A program made the position numbers and the translations under genes. Of a stretch of 64,000 bases of DNA, positions 12,940 to 27,314 are shown piece by piece; position 1 is the first letter of the stretch; every line of letters begins with the position of its first letter. The notes under the pieces were generated by a model, which made no database searches, was not told the DNA's origin, and saw nothing but the letters and a program-made list of their open reading frames with translations. This DNA is from Vicugna vicugna (taxonomy: Eukaryota), in contig MU058337.1 of assembly GCA_013265495.1 (NCBI GenBank), positions 4,692,716 through 4,756,715 of the forward strand, written 5' to 3'.

Positions 12940-13097
12940 TTTTTAATCCCCTATATTGCCCCTCCCTCCTTCCATATCCCCACTGGTAACCACCAGTTTG
13001 TCCTCTGTATCTGTGAGTCTGCTGCTTTGTTGTTTCATTCACTAGATTGTTGTATTGTTTAGATTTCACATCAAGTGCTTTCGTACAGTATTTGTCT
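12940..13097 (-). mobile_element. L1 3'UTR internal fragment inside a MIR
   Basis: cccactggtaaccaccagtttgtcctctgtatctgtgagtct...tagatttcaca...tacagtatttgtctt is typical antisense L1 3'UTR. Confidence 0.8.
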
Positions 13098-16000
13098 TAA
13101 ATTGTGGGTCAGGTACTCAAGAATTAAAAGAGATGATGAAATGACTCTCAATCACGGCTTTAACATAAATGGAGCCTTTTCTGATGACAATACTTTATCA
13201 TTTGGTTGTAAATAATTAATGGCGAAAGAAAGGAATTAATCAACAAGTGGAGAAAGTGGAAGGGTCTTAACCAGGAGACAATGATCAGGCAGTATTGTTA
13301 ATCTTGCTGAGTGCAACTGAGCCAACATTTAGAGGTTATGCAGTGCAACTCAAAACTGTGAAGTCAGGTTAGGTCAAGGCTAAAGACCATTCCAGCACTG
13401 GGGACTCAATGCTTGTTTCCTAGTTTGTCATTTCAGGAGAGGGGCATTTTATCTACAGGACCTGGCTCTCAAGTAATGACTTGACTTTTCACCTGCAGGT
13501 TTTCTTAGGTGAAAGACAGCATCAGTCTTTTCAACGTTTGGAGACAGGCATTCTAAAAACAGACTGCTGTTGCCTTAGGCCATAAGGTAATGCCTTCTGA
13601 TTAAAGGAGATGGGAGACTGTGGGCCGTTCTTCATCGGTATGCGAGGAGCTTGGCTACCTGCACACGTTTGTTGCCTGGAGTAGAGAGAGAGAGGAGTGT
13701 TGTCTCAGTTGGCTTGGCTGTCAGGCAGGGAGAAGCAAGTGCTGCTGAGGTTGCTTGTTGGGGAAGGAGAATGAAGAATGATTCCACTTAAATTGTTGAG
13801 TCTATTTCTTCTCACTCTTGAACACCATCCTTCAGATTTATTGCTTTTTTCATTAACATTGACAACAACAATAATTATTAAGTATGTACAGTATTTCAGG
13901 GTTTCCAAAGAACTTCCTCCTTTGGTCCTTGATTGATTGGTAGTTACTTCAACAGATTCTTGAAGTCACTTGGTGAATCTATTTATGAACCCCTAACAAT
14001 CGACTTGACATATATCTTCCATGAATGGCATTTCTTTCACCTACCATTTAGATAATGGTTTGAACCTGTTCCTAGCCCTGCCACTAGCCAGGGTAGGCAA
14101 AGGGCTTTGTGATCTACAGTGAAAGGGACGTTCTGGGAGGGTGATGTTGTTTTGTAAGCACAGGTTTCTAAACGCTCTCCTGCGTGTTTTTCCCCAGTGT
14201 GAATTACTGTATTAGCACATAGTACCCCTTAATGGAAACGAAGTAAAGCTCTGTTAATGTTTATGCTATTTGTTAAAAAAAAAAGAAAAAGAAAAGATAA
14301 TGGTAGAATTCCCCGGGCAGTTCTTTTTATTTAATGTATATTGGTCCTTAAATTGCAAAGCAGGCTGGGGGAACGCTGGCTACAGGCACAAATTGCCTGC
14401 TTAGTGGGCTGCTTTAAAGCTCCTTTCTAAGAAATTTCCATCTTTGTCACTATTTTCTTCAAGGTGTTGAATAATTTTAAAAGTGGCAGTTGCAACAATA
14501 TGTAAAAAAAAGCTGGCAGCATTCAGCTTACTTTTCTTTCCTTTTCGTGGAAAGCTCAGAGTGTTCTGCACTGCAGGGGGAAGTGGAGTTGCAGATTTTA
14601 TTTGGATTTAGTGGAAGCGTACTGCCTGGTTAGAATAAAGACTCTTACCTGAGCAAAGCTTTCTGCAAGTCTTGCTTGGCAGTATGGGTGCCAGCCCACC
14701 CGGCTTCAACTACACCAGTATGTCTGTACTGTTCATTTTGGAGACAAAGACAGTTCTTCTTTTTCCCCCTAACGGTCAGTGTTGTAATGAGCTCTTGTTA
14801 ATCTGATAGTAATGTCAGAATCATAATTCCTCGTTTTCTTTGTTCAGTGCGTGTTCTCAAAGCTGTGCCCAGAGTATGTAGCCATGAAGCAGTCGAAAGA
14901 GAGAGAAGGATGATATACAGCCTGTAAGCTCAAGAAGCTTAAAGGTCTGATGGTAGAGAAGGCACACGATGAAATAACCCCCTTAGCTGTCAAGTGCAGA
15001 GAGAGTGAAGGCAGTGCCGTCATAGCTCTGAGGGGATCCAGGCACAGGGATGCTTTGAGTTCCCTTTGTAAATTTCTGGGCTGTTGCACTTAGACTTGAT
15101 TGTGCAATGAGTTTATGTCATGTTCTGGAGACTCTCCCTCTGTTTGCTTCTGGCTTGGTAGACCGCTGACCTACCTTAGTGGTTAAAGAAAAACAGGTGA
15201 TATTAAATGAACAGCAACAACAAAAGGTTTGGAGGAGGCCTGAAACTGCTGAGAAGAATGTCAGCGGGAACTGGTGTGGAATGCAACGCACAGGGGCTGA
15301 CTGTTTGGAAATGCGCCTTGTGGAACCAGTTAGGGAACTGGAATTGGACCCATCTGTTCACCCCCTGACATCCTCTAATGAGGACCCCAGTCAATGAAGG
15401 ACCCGAAATATTCTCTGAGAAGACATCCGAGCAATTGTGAAAGGGAAATTTAAGCAAAATCAGTGTTCGACTTAACAGAACAGGAGTTTAGGATTGAAAT
15501 GCAGAAAATAGGGCAAAATTACATGCACATCAGACTGAACTAAGAAGCATTAGTGACAAAAGCAAGTCTCAAAATTTAAGTCATTTTTTAGTGAAAATCA
15601 GTCCAAAATACTCCCTCAGCTGCTGGCCACCTGAGATGCTTCCTTCCAGTGCCTTGGGCTCTGCCTGGCAAATTGATCTGGGGACTGAACGGAGTCCTGT
15701 GGGACATCACCAATCTTGAATTCTTCGTATTAGAGATTTAAAGAGCAACCACATTTCATTGAAAATTTATTAAGCAAAATTAAATTTTAAAGGAGGCTTG
15801 TAAGCCATACTTCCTGGGCCTGGCAGGTGCCTGGCACAGAGGGGTCCAGCATGGGTTTGCTGAGTCCGACTGGCAAGAGAGGTACTAAACAGCAAGTTTG
15901 CCTACATGGTGTGTGTGTGTTTCTATCCCTAGCTTCAAAAAATTTCAGAAGTAATTGAACCAAAAATGTGATTAGTTTCAAGCCAAAATGGCAGACACCA

Positions 16001-16251
16001 AAATAATCTCAGAAAATATTTCAAAAGAGCCATATTAGCATGTAAATTCTGATTAGAATGAGTCTGGGGTGAATCATACACAGATTGTTGATATGTAATT
16101 AGTTTTTTAAGGAATCGGTAGTTATAAGGTTCTTGGAACTTACTGGGGTGTGTGGTCAATTTACCCTTTCTTCCTGTAAAGCTATTTTGACCAATCTGTC
16201 TCTCATCTTGGCAAAATGATGAATGATTTTATGTTGCTTAGGATTCTTGAC

Positions 16252-16325
16252 AGAGAGGAAGGGAGGAGGAGAAGGAAGAGGAGATAGAAGAAGGAGAAGG
16301 AAGATAAAATGAAGACAGTAAGAAA
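16252..16325. repeat. GA-rich low-complexity tract
   Basis: agagaggaagggaggaggagaaggaagaggagatagaagaaggagaaggaag. Confidence 0.8.
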
Positions 16326-17490
16326 AAATCAATAAACAAAGATCAAAGCTGAAGTTCGGCTGCGTTTCCTTCTGGTGACATCACTCGGGGGTCTTGCCTC
16401 TGTCCCGAGATGATCTCCACTTCCTAAGGCAAGAATTACCTATTGCAATAAAAAACTCCCGAGCTGGGCTTCCAGTTTGTTTTGACTCATGACTACCAGC
16501 ATGTTTCTGTTGGTAGTTCTGAGATGCTACGTAGGCAACAGTTTCAGGCTCACAGTTTATAATTGTGAGTAGCTAAGTGTTGGAAGAGACGTTAAAATAT
16601 AAGAGAATTTAATGCTCTTTACACTCTTTTGTCTTTATACTCTCACCCCAAAAAAGTTTTGAAAATGTATCTGTTCCTGGCACATTTTATAATGAAGCCT
16701 AAATTTTATAGCATGGTTGTAAAGTATATAATTTTTAATGTCTTTTCAATATTTTTAAGACCAAAGGATAACATCTCTCTTTTCAGAGTAAGGGTCACAT
16801 CTGGAAACTATGGTGATTTGTTAATCACTATTTTCTGTTTAAAAAGCACATGAACAAGCTCTTCTTTGACATTTGGAAATTTTCCATCATTTCCTTTTCT
16901 CCATGAACTTGTATTTTTCACTTAACTTGCCTCACAGAAGTTGAAAGTAATAGATCCATTCCTGAAAGTCTTCTGTTGATCACTCTTTCATATCTCTCTG
17001 TAATAAAAATATTTCTACAACTTAAGACTTTTTTTCTAAATTGGGTTCTCAGTAGAATCATTGTTCAGAATGACATAATTTATAAATTTTTATGGTTAAT
17101 AAACATAAAAACTAAAATTATATTAAAATGTATGTCAATGAAATGGACAGGGCATTAAAAATTAGTTTTTATATCAATTAGCCTTTTATCTGTGGTGACT
17201 ATTACATATTGTTAGAATAAAAAAAGCTTTAGCATCAATTCTGTTTTAATGTTTATAGTTTTAAGTGCTGAGAACACTTATTCATCTAAGAGAATTGATA
17301 AAAAAAAAGGATTTCTCTATCTTCTCGTCCCTGTATTTAATTTAAAAAGTTATGCTTTTTTGCTTAGTATATGCTTCTTTTTCGTTGACTAGGCACCCTT
17401 AAAGAGTATCTGAGATCTTAAAATTTGAATCAAGATTTTTATAGTTTGAAATCGGAGTTGGTGGTGCTTACTACAGTGAGAAATCCCTTT

Positions 17491-17830
17491 TGTGGGCAAT
17501 GCTGTACTGTTCTTTCTAGATCCTTCCTTTGGGTCAGGAGTACCATCCCCAGATGCTGGCAGCATGGGCCACTGATGGCTCTCAGCTCAGGGGGGACTGC
17601 CTGCAGAACTGCAGCCAGTGACTGGCTGGTGCAGAGGTGCAAAGCCTGCGTTCAGCAGGGGTCATCCCAGCCGCAGCGCTCCCTGTAGGACTGACTGTAC
17701 TGGGGGCTGACTTCTTGTTCTGCACAGTCCTGTTCCTCACATCCTGGTAGCTGTATTTCTGAGAGAACCTCTCAAGCTCCACTTGACTCTCCATCTCTGA
17801 ATCTGTTCCCAGGAAACTCGCTGTTAAACA
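17491..17830 (+). mobile_element. LTR16-like ERVL solo LTR
   Basis: Starts TG and ends CA. ggtcatcccagccgcagcgctccctgtagga and ctccatctctgaatctgttcccaggaaac resemble LTR16C. Confidence 0.7.
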
Positions 17831-19734
17831 CCCGTTCATTAACTTGCACTTCAAGAGTGTGATTCTGCAGAAGGGAGTTAAGAATGCTCTATTTTGGGTG
17901 GAAATGACATTGGGCTTGTTTCACTTAATTGTGGTTATTTTTGGCGGCATCTTTTTTGTGGTGTTTGTGGTATGAAATGTCTATATTCAACAGGAGGGCA
18001 GCTGTTGAAAATATGACCCATCCTTAATAAATACTCTCCTTGATATTCTTCTAATGAGCCGAAAATATTTTAGTTATGCTTTTTGGATTATCTGTTTTCA
18101 TTCTGGTGTGAGAGGTAGGATAAATTCGAGTGTGCAGTAAACTCAAATTTAATAATTGAAAAATCTCCCAATTTAAAATGCTTCAATAAAAACTATGTTG
18201 TTGTTAAAGACTTGGATTTTAACAGAGAACATATAAACACATACAGATACTCTTCAGTAGCATGGAGCCTAGGGAAAAGCTAACTACAGCTTATGAATAA
18301 TGCAAAACTTTGCTGTTTATGCCATTTCCATCTGTTGTATGCATGATATTTATGATATTCACAAGATAAACTGATAGGCGTGTGTGATCTGCTAATATGT
18401 ATATTTTAAAAAGCTTTAATTACTCTTTTTATGGCTGAATGATGTCACGTACTCTGACTCCAGGGATAGGAGGATTAGGCAATAAAATAGCAACACAGAC
18501 GCTTTTGAACATCCAGGCATTTTATTTTTAATGAGTGAGACTTGATTAGTGTCTTATCCCATTCCAGGGTCTCAGAGTGCTTCCAGCACTGGTTTCTGGT
18601 TGCACGTGCGATGGCTCAGAAGGAGAATGGTGGGAGGGCTGTGCCTCCATCTCTCCCTGCCAACTGTCCCCTAGCACTGCTTCACAATGGCCATGTCAAC
18701 TCAGCTAAATGAGGAGGGACTACTTCTGTGCTTTTCAAATGCCATTTCAGCCTTGGAACTTATCTTGGAAAATCCAAGTTTTAATGAAGTGACAGTTCTC
18801 AGAGAAAACAACAGAAAAACACATTTTCTTCTCCATAAACCAAAGGCACAATCCCACCACAGAAAATTTTATTAAATTTATAATCTCTAGATTTTCTGAG
18901 TTACCACAGTTTAATGGAAAGTAAACCCGACAGAAGAACCAGTTTCTATCACTGAGTAAAAACAGTATCACCAGTTCACTGTGTGGCTTCAAGCAGGCTG
19001 TTTAACCTCTTTGAACTTCACCATTGTAATTAGAAAAATGCAAGATCTGAACTTGGTGATTTCAAACATTCTTTCAGCACAGACATTTTAAAGAATCTTA
19101 CATACACCTGATTTTTCACCTTTGAAACATTCATTATGGGCTCTAGGTCCATGAACACTATCTAATTTCTATAAAAACTGACTCTCCTTTCTTAAGGAAA
19201 AATATTGCAAAAAATTGTTAAAATGCTTTGTTATTTTTCCCAGCCTAAATGCTTTTTCAGACATTTTGATTCCCTCGCTCCCTCTCTTTCTGTCACCACC
19301 CTGCTTCTGTTGGGGGGATTGTTAAAATAATTTAGAGCCTGCTTCTCCCCTGCCCCCCGTTTTGGGGATAAACCTAGTGCTCTGGAAAGAGGTCGATTGC
19401 TTATTTCCAAATCTGGCTTCCCTTGACGCGTCTTCTGACAATTTCCCTGAGTTTAGAGACTTGGAGACATAAGAGGGCTTCTTAGAAGTGCTCACATGGA
19501 CTGGACTGAGAAAATGTGAAATCCAAGGTGTTGGAGGGGAAGATTTATTCCCGAGGATTTTATCAAACACAGCTTGTCATGAATTATTGACATTTAGGTC
19601 ATCGATGGTGTGATTTAAGACAAGACAACCCCCCAAGTACTCCTTCCACATTCCCCCAAATCACAGCAGGTACTAATTCTTTAGGTCTAGCAACAGCCTC
19701 TGAAAAATTAAGCACCATATAGTCGTGTGTAGGA

Positions 19735-19754
19735 GTGTGTGTGTGTGTGTGTGT
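19735..19754. repeat. (GT)n microsatellite
   Basis: About 10 GT units seen directly. Confidence 0.9.
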
Positions 19755-20399
19755 TGAAGTTTTATTGGTCTGAGTTAGTTACCAATGCTTTAGTTTCATT
19801 CCAACATCTAGATGAGTTGATACTGTTACCCTTCCTCATAGCAGCCACAGGGAAGTTCTTGAATCACTTTCTGGGGAAAGCAGGGTCTGAGGGAGAGGTC
19901 CATGTATCTCCAGGGGGCCAGTCGGGTGGGTGACAACCCTCACAGCCTCCAACGAGAGTGTCCTAGTCACTGATTGCTAGATACCCACTTCCCACTTCCT
20001 GTTTTGGGTGTGCTCCTGCTGTCTTTTGAAGACACAATAGAAACTCTATTGCTGAAATACAATAGGAATTTAGGCAGTTTGTTCCTGAAGATTTCCTTCT
20101 GTCTCTCAACCCGTCCTTGGGGGAGAGACGGCAGTATGCTCCTGTGTTCCTCCTCCTTCCTGAACACTGTTTGTGCCCCTTCTAATCCACTCTCCCCCAT
20201 TCTGGGAGACTGGTTCCCGGTGGAAAATGAAGTCTGATTTCTTCCTATGACGTAAATTCCTTCCCCTCTGACCTTGGAAGGCAAATTGAGGTCAGAGAGC
20301 ATGTATTATACTTTGTATCTTCCACAGTCCAGTGCGTGTTAGGTACGTAACGTCTGAAGTCTCTGTGCAAATCCCCTAGTGCTTTCCATGAGCTGTGAT

Positions 20400-20545
20400 A
20401 ATAGTAACAGTTACTGTTGAGGGTTTTATTTTCTGTTAAGCACGTCACTTGCATCCTCTCATTTAGTCCTCCCATCCATTCTGTAAGGTTGCTATTAGAA
20501 ATAACCCCATTTTATAGATGGAAAACCCAAGGCTCATGGAGATTA
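20400..20545 (-). mobile_element. MIR SINE
   Basis: ctcatttagtcctc...ccccattttatagatggaaaacccaaggctca core. Confidence 0.8.
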
Positions 20546-21029
20546 AAGAGCACCCGTGGGCTGACACCTGCGCACTTGTATGCACACACACACATACACC
20601 AACACAAATGCCCTTCCCTCAGCGTCTGCTGTCTCCATAGGCAGGAGGGCAGGGATCCAATCTGGTACCACCTTCCTAGTGGGGCTGGAGTGTCTGCAGA
20701 GAAGGTGACTACTTCCAATCTGATTTGCTTCCATTTTTCCCTGAAGAACAAAAGCAACCTACTGTATGCCTATGCTCTCCTGACCACTGAAGTGAGGTGT
20801 GACACAGAGGTGGTGGGAGGTGAGGGTGTTTGGTTCATCCAGCCCAAATCTCATCTGAGATACTTGGGATGAGGGGAGAGGAGTGAGGAGGGGAGGGTGC
20901 ATGCCTCCTGGGAAAATGGAACTAAGTAAGTTAAGAAAAACCGATTGCCGTGCAACTTTAAGGTAGTATGACAAGCTTGGCGAAGCGAGTCAGGCTACCC
21001 TCCTCCCAGTTCTTCCGGTGTCCTACGGA

Positions 21030-21395
21030 ACCAGACTGAATTTGTAAGTCAAATCACTCTTTTGATAATTGTTGCTATGGATTCAATTTTCCCTGTTCTA
21101 ATTGAAAGCTGTAATTGGAGCACGCAGTTGAAGTCTGCATCCTGCAAGACCAGAGACCTTACCCATCTACACAGTACCTGCCTGTCTCGCCTTTTCCACT
21201 GAGCATGGTTATGCTAGTTGTTCTGACAGAAGCCATTTATCTAATCAAGTGACACGTGCACAGTAGGTAACAATTAAGCCTTAATTAGCAGTTGTTTCCA
21301 ATTGTACAATCAAACTTTAATAGGAGAACGGACAAATGGTCTCACTGACTTAAATGTGCATTGGTGTCAAAACTTGTGTTAACTGGGAGGAAAAA
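21030..21395. promoter_or_regulatory. Putative enhancer / conserved non-coding block
   Basis: Unique non-repeat sequence dense in TAAT/ATTA motifs (ctaattg, gtaattgg, caattaag, cttaattag) plus an E-box CACGTG. Conservation not verifiable here. Confidence 0.35.
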
Positions 21396-23992
21396 AAATA
21401 AGGAATTGCAACCTAGTTCCAAAAGAAAAATTAGACTCCATGAAATACACTTAAAAGCAGAGCAGAAACGTGTGTAAAATTAACTGTTTCAATCGATTTT
21501 TTTAAAAAAAAAAGCATCCCAGATTTGAGACTTCTAGATTTCAGTTATAATACATATAATTTAATTCCACTAATGTTCTCTCGTTGGTCTCATTCTTCAT
21601 TAAAATTAATAAATTATGTCATATATTTTCAAAGAGGTAATAGATAATGTTACAAAATTTTAACTCAAGCATATGGGAAGAGAGAGCCACTTTTTCAGAG
21701 GCAATGATCTAATGGTTGCTTTGCTATTTTCCTAGAGTTATTCGGGATTTCATTTTTTCTTCTGAAAATTATACCGAAGTTTACATATATTATCCATTTT
21801 GAGATTTGTAAATATATATGTAGAAAAGCAGATTCTCTTTCGTCACCACTCGGCCCTTTGAGGGGCTGTCTCACTTCATATTGGTTGTTGATATGTACTT
21901 GGGAAATGCCAACTGATTTGTTATGGCATTTGCTTAAGCAAAACACAATTCAGTAAGCAAATATACTGTTAACAGAACAAAGGAAAACGCATGCCTTTCA
22001 GTGTCAAACTGAAACACAGTGTAGCCTGTATTTGGGATTATTTCGGTTGCAGGTCTTCATAACCAGGCCGGGGTGAGGGCTGCTGTCTCACCTGCTCTTT
22101 CTCAGTCTTGGACACACTTGGCAAAATCGTTATCTGGTTCCCTGTTATCTGGGGTGGGACTGAAGGTGTTTTAGGGAGGCCGGTGGTAATGTGTCCATCC
22201 GACTGCCCCCAGAGCTCTGCTGAAGAGGCCCGTTAGCTCCCTTCCCCATTTTCCACCTCTCGGATAATCTTGGAAAAGCATGGGAAAGCGTCAGCACTGC
22301 AGTACTCTGACTACTGAGCCCTTTCGTTGCTGGTGGTCAGAGGAGTGCCGCGAGGTTAAAAACAGGGATTTCGCAGATTGTCTACTGCTTAAGGATAGCA
22401 GTTCTCTGCTAATGTTTTGAAGGTCTGGAATTACAGGTGAAAAACAATAATTCTAAAAACACCGAGGTCAGACCTTTCCTAAGATGAGTTTGCCCTAACT
22501 AGGAAGCTTGTAGAGTCAGCAACAGCCATACTGCTAGGATGATAAAGTTTAATTCCAGGAAACAGCTAAAAAGAATTTTTTTCCAATGCAGCAGAATATA
22601 GTCTGGCATAAAAAGTATTTTTCATGTAATATTAACAAAAGGCTAGTGGTGGCGCAAGAAGTCTCGGAATTTCTTCTTCTGCCCTCTGGCCACCACCCTC
22701 ATTCATCATGTCCCTAAACCCCTACGAGAAGTATCATAACCTTGCCTCTTGCTAATGAGACTCCTTTCCTTGTAGGTGAATGAGAACAAATGCCATCAAC
22801 TCCCGCACTGCCCCTGCTAGTCAGTGTCTTACAGGCTCTTTTACTGAGTAATTTTGCCAGGGACCATGGCAATCTTCCTTGGCTTAGAGGAGGCACAGAC
22901 CCAGCGACAGAAAGAGGGAAGTGTTATTCTTTAGTTTTCAATCCTGTCTCTTCTCTCTTTGTCCCTCACTATTTTCTTCAGCTTCAGGATCACAACTGTG
23001 CCAGCTTAAAATTTTTTTCCAATACTTTTCCCCACTGTCTTCTCCCCTTTATGCTGAGACTCTTGCTCAGTCGCTCATCATTTGAACTCCGGACTATCCA
23101 AGATTTAGCATCCTCTAAACTCTTGCTAAAGACTCAGATCCGTGAGTTCAAAAGAGATTTCAATATCTGCCCTGAAAAGGATGTTCAGTGATGCAACAGA
23201 ATCAAGAATTAAGATCATGGTGTTACACCTCAGAGAATTTCTTTCAGCTAAACCCTATTCTTAAGGTATTTGTAAGTCTTTTGGAGGGATGTGAAAAAGA
23301 TGGTGGCAGGTTTTTTTGATTTGTTTTTTGGTGTGCGATTAGGCATTTTCCCCTCTTTTCCCGCGAGCTGTGTATATTCACTAATATAGTTTATTAACCC
23401 CTCAGGTTCCCGCCCTCCCCGTATTCTCTATGCTTGTTCAGTTTGGGAATCTTAAAGTGGAGGTAGATTTAAAGGAACCTGTTATATTTACTGTGATGGA
23501 GATCTTAAGTTTCAGCACTTGCATTTTATTCTGAGGAGAAAACTCTAACTAAAGAAGAGATTAGTCTTTTTTTTTTAAGCATGTGGTCTTCTCAGTGCTG
23601 TTGTTTCTATCTGCCCACATCTTCAAGTTGTCAGGAATGTTTTGAATTGCAGTGACACCCTCCAAATGTAGTTGACACTCCGCCCACTTGGCGCTCTCCA
23701 CAAACAGCGAGTACATTCTCTGAATGTCATTAGTGAAAATGAAGTCCGATTCATCAAGGAAAAAGCTGACAGAACAGCTTGGTTGAAAAAAATCTCAAGT
23801 GAGAATTTGGAGATCTGCACTTGCCCTGGACTAACTGGTTGGTCACTGATGTGTCTCTCTAGCCTTTGTGTTTTCCAGTGTATAATATGGGAATAATGAT
23901 TTTTTCTTAGGGGTCTTGGAAAAATTCATATTCAGGTATTTGCTGAGCATGATTTATTGTGTATATTATGCTAGAACCCTCTAAGAATCCAA

Positions 23993-24028
23993 TATCTATC
24001 TGTATCTGCATCTGCATCTGCATCTCCA
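23993..24028. repeat. (ATCTGC)n-like hexamer repeat
   Basis: atctgtatctgcatctgcatctgcatct. Confidence 0.8.
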
Positions 24029-24254
24029 TCCTTGGGTCTATTTGTCTGTCTACCAGTTAAGACACAGTAATGATTTTCACCTCTTTAGAGCATTTTATAG
24101 TTTTCCAAGCTATTATATGTGTGTACAAATTTTATATATATATATATATTCATTTATAAATACTATATAAGGAGTAAATCAAATATGCATTATGAAATGC
24201 TATGTTTATAGGCATCTACATATATTTATTTGTATTTACACATATAAGTGTATA

Positions 24255-24415
24255 TTTATAACTTCATTTAGTCCTTATAGCAACCCTGTAAGACAGAGAC
24301 TAATGGCTGCACATCATAAGTGAAAACCCTGAGGCTACATGACATTCAGGAATGTCATAAGTGAAAGGATGATTTCAGCACAAGTCTGTGGATTCTAAGC
24401 CTTGTGGTCTTTCTA
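24255..24415 (-). mobile_element. MIR SINE
   Basis: cttcatttagtccttatagcaaccctgtaag...aaaccctgaggct. Confidence 0.65.
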
Positions 24416-24504
24416 CTGAAGGACAAATTCTTTTTTAAAAAAGTTTATGAGGATTGTATTTTACAATATTAAAGTATATATTCAATTAAAAAAACAAAAA
24501 CAAA

Positions 24505-24672
24505 AACCGAAGAGGCACAGGAGAACTTTTGGTGAGACAGTTTGCTACATGCAGATTGGGTGGTGGTTACATGAATGTATACATTTATCAAACCACATCA
24601 AGCCGCACATTGAAAATAGGTGCATGTTTTTGGCATGTAAATGATACCTCAATGAAGCAGTTTTTGAAAAAG
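24505..24672 (+). mobile_element. Old L1 (L1M) 3' end
   Basis: ggtggtggttacatgaatgtatacatttatcaaacc...tgtaaatgatacctcaat followed by an A-rich tail. Confidence 0.75.
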
Positions 24673-25399
24673 GGAAAAAAGAAGCCATCATTTCACATAA
24701 GGATTGCTCTACAATTTTCCTTTAAATAACAAGTCATCTTCCCACCCTCAGGGCATTTAAAATTTCATATTCCATTCTTAAAAGTAGAAGGGTTCATTCA
24801 GAGTTTTTCAAGAACACATCTGTCACACAACATGATGTACACCTACCTGTGTAGGCACAGATTCACACACCCACCCACGTGTGCAAGACACACTCACAGG
24901 CCCAGCCACCTTTGGAAGCGTCAATTCTTTTCTTAAACTGGTGTACGGATGAGTCCCCAGTGTGCAGTGTGACTGGTAAACGCTGTGGAAGGCTTGCTTG
25001 GAGGAAGTGGGGCTTGAGGAGAACCTTGGACACGCAGAGGTAAAGGGGATCTTGGACAGGGAGAGGAGCATGCGCTAAGGTTTGGAATGCGACCGATTAC
25101 GGAAGAAGGAGAAAGAAGCTTACTCAGTGTTTTGAAATGGAAATAGTAAGACCTTTTGATTCAGTAGTTGGGGTCTGAAGGGGGCAGGGTGTGAGGCTGG
25201 ACTGTTTTTTAAGGATTGCGGTGACTACACACAGCTCAGGGTGGACAGCACCTTAGGGAGACTCGGGGGGACTCTGCCATTGCTTACAGCCTGGCGGCAG
25301 AGAGGTGAGTTATAGGACTTTTGCAGCGATGGGGAAAAGGTGAAAAACAAATAAGACTGGATAATAAGAACACCTTTGAAGGATTAGGTCATCCAGAAG

Positions 25400-25580
25400 C
25401 TAGTTTAGTGTTAAGGACTGGGATTCTAGTTCCGCTGCTAACTAGCTCTGTGGCCTGAACAAGTCGTAACAGTTCCTCCTTCATCTGGTTGTTTTGAAGA
25501 TAAATGAAATAATCCGTATAAAGCTAATCTTAACCTAGTGTCTAGCATTTAGAAAACACTTCTTAAACATGCATTAGATG
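25400..25580 (+). mobile_element. MIR SINE
   Basis: ctgggattctagttccgctgctaactagctctgtggcctgaacaagtc...ggttgttttgaagataaatga. Confidence 0.75.
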
Positions 25581-27314
25581 TGTCTGTAACCATTATTAGA
25601 GGTAAAGTTGCAAGAGGTGAGATTTAAAAGGGTGACATATTATACTGAAAATGTTTTAATTCCTTGAAGGAATAATGCTCTAGGAAACCAAAGCAGTGGA
25701 CTGTTTTCACTAATAAGCAACTTCTCTGTGGACCAGATTTATTTTAATTTTGATGGACAGTTTCTTAAAACTGAGAATCACCTACATAGCTTACGAATCT
25801 TCAGAGATACGTAGTCGTGGAATAATAACGTTTCATGTTCTTGAGCCCGTTCTTTGTATATTTCAGGACCTTTGTCACTGTTGCGACATTTAGACATAGA
25901 GGATAATTTGGGGCTTCACGAGGTGACTTTAGGTTCAGAGTCTGGCAAAGAATGAGAACTAAGTGGTTTCCACTTGCTCAGTGAGCTTAAACGCTGAAGC
26001 CCCATTGAGAGGCTGAGGTGTCTGTCAGCTGTGGCAGAGATGACGTGAGGAAGGCGTCCAGGAAGGGTGGGCCAGCTCCTCTCATCCCACAGAGTCTGCA
26101 TTTTAATGGTTCTTTAAAGCATTTGGATAATCAAATCACTTTGGCAGACTTTCCTCTCAATATTTAAATGACAGTCAATTCCGGGAGCACTATTTAAAAA
26201 GTCCAAAAGGATGTGGAATTTGTCAGGCGGAGCAGAAATCTTCTCTGGTCTTCAGAAGGAGGAAGTAAAGTGATCACACCCCCACTTCCCCACGCAGAAG
26301 GATGTTCTGTTCAATTTCAGTGTGAGTAGCCTGGCTACGTTTTGCATTCAGTCTCCTCTGGCTTCCTAAAAGCAATTTGAGGAGTAGGCCGCTGCCAATA
26401 GAATATGTAATGTCGGTGGAAGCAGAAAGGCCCACGTTCTTGAAAATCCACCCTTTGAATCGTTGCCAGTGGCTGGGTCATCCTCTCTAGAAGGCATCCG
26501 TGTGTTACCTTTTACATCGGTGGGGATGGCTTGTCCTAGAATTACATACTTGTGAGATGCCACTGTAGTCTAGCTTCCTCTTCCAGGTGGAAAGACACTG
26601 GGGAAGAGTGTGTTTGTCCCTTCGATTCTTGTGTGGCACTGAGCCCTGGCCCTCCTTGCTGCCTAAAGAAAGCTTGGTGGTCTGCTGCCGCCTCCACAGT
26701 CTACTTTGAAATGGGTGAGTTTGAGAAAAACCTCAGAGGAAGGGAGCGTGATTGAAAATAAGACGATGACGTCTGTGAGTCAGGGTGTGCGAGTGGAGGA
26801 GAAAGCTGGGAAAGGAGGAGAGAGCTGGTGCCCAGGAAAGGAAGGACTACGGTGGAGAATACGGGAAGTGATAATCGTTGCCTTCACCATGATGTCTCAG
26901 GCCATTTCTCCTGAGGCAGGTGTTTCAAAATGCTGGCTCCTATCCATTTAGAAGTTTCCCATTGATAAATGCCACCCTGAATCAGGAGTGGCTGCTCTGT
27001 GCCCTGAGGCTTTTCTGTCTTCTGATTCTGAGAGACCTAAAATATTTGTACTGGCCTAAAACTACTTTGGATGGGCTGTTTGGAGACAGTTTGAAAACAC
27101 ACTTATGATAAAATATTTTCTTTATGTCGTATATGTATATCTGTGTCGGGGTTATGCTATGTATGTATAATTACATATAAATGGATGTTATTTATGACAT
27201 ATAAACATATATTGTTTTATTATCTGTAACATATATTTATCAGTAAGTATATATTTATATTTTATTTATTTATTCTAAAGAAAGTGATGGATTTATTTCA
27301 TATGGGACAGGCAT

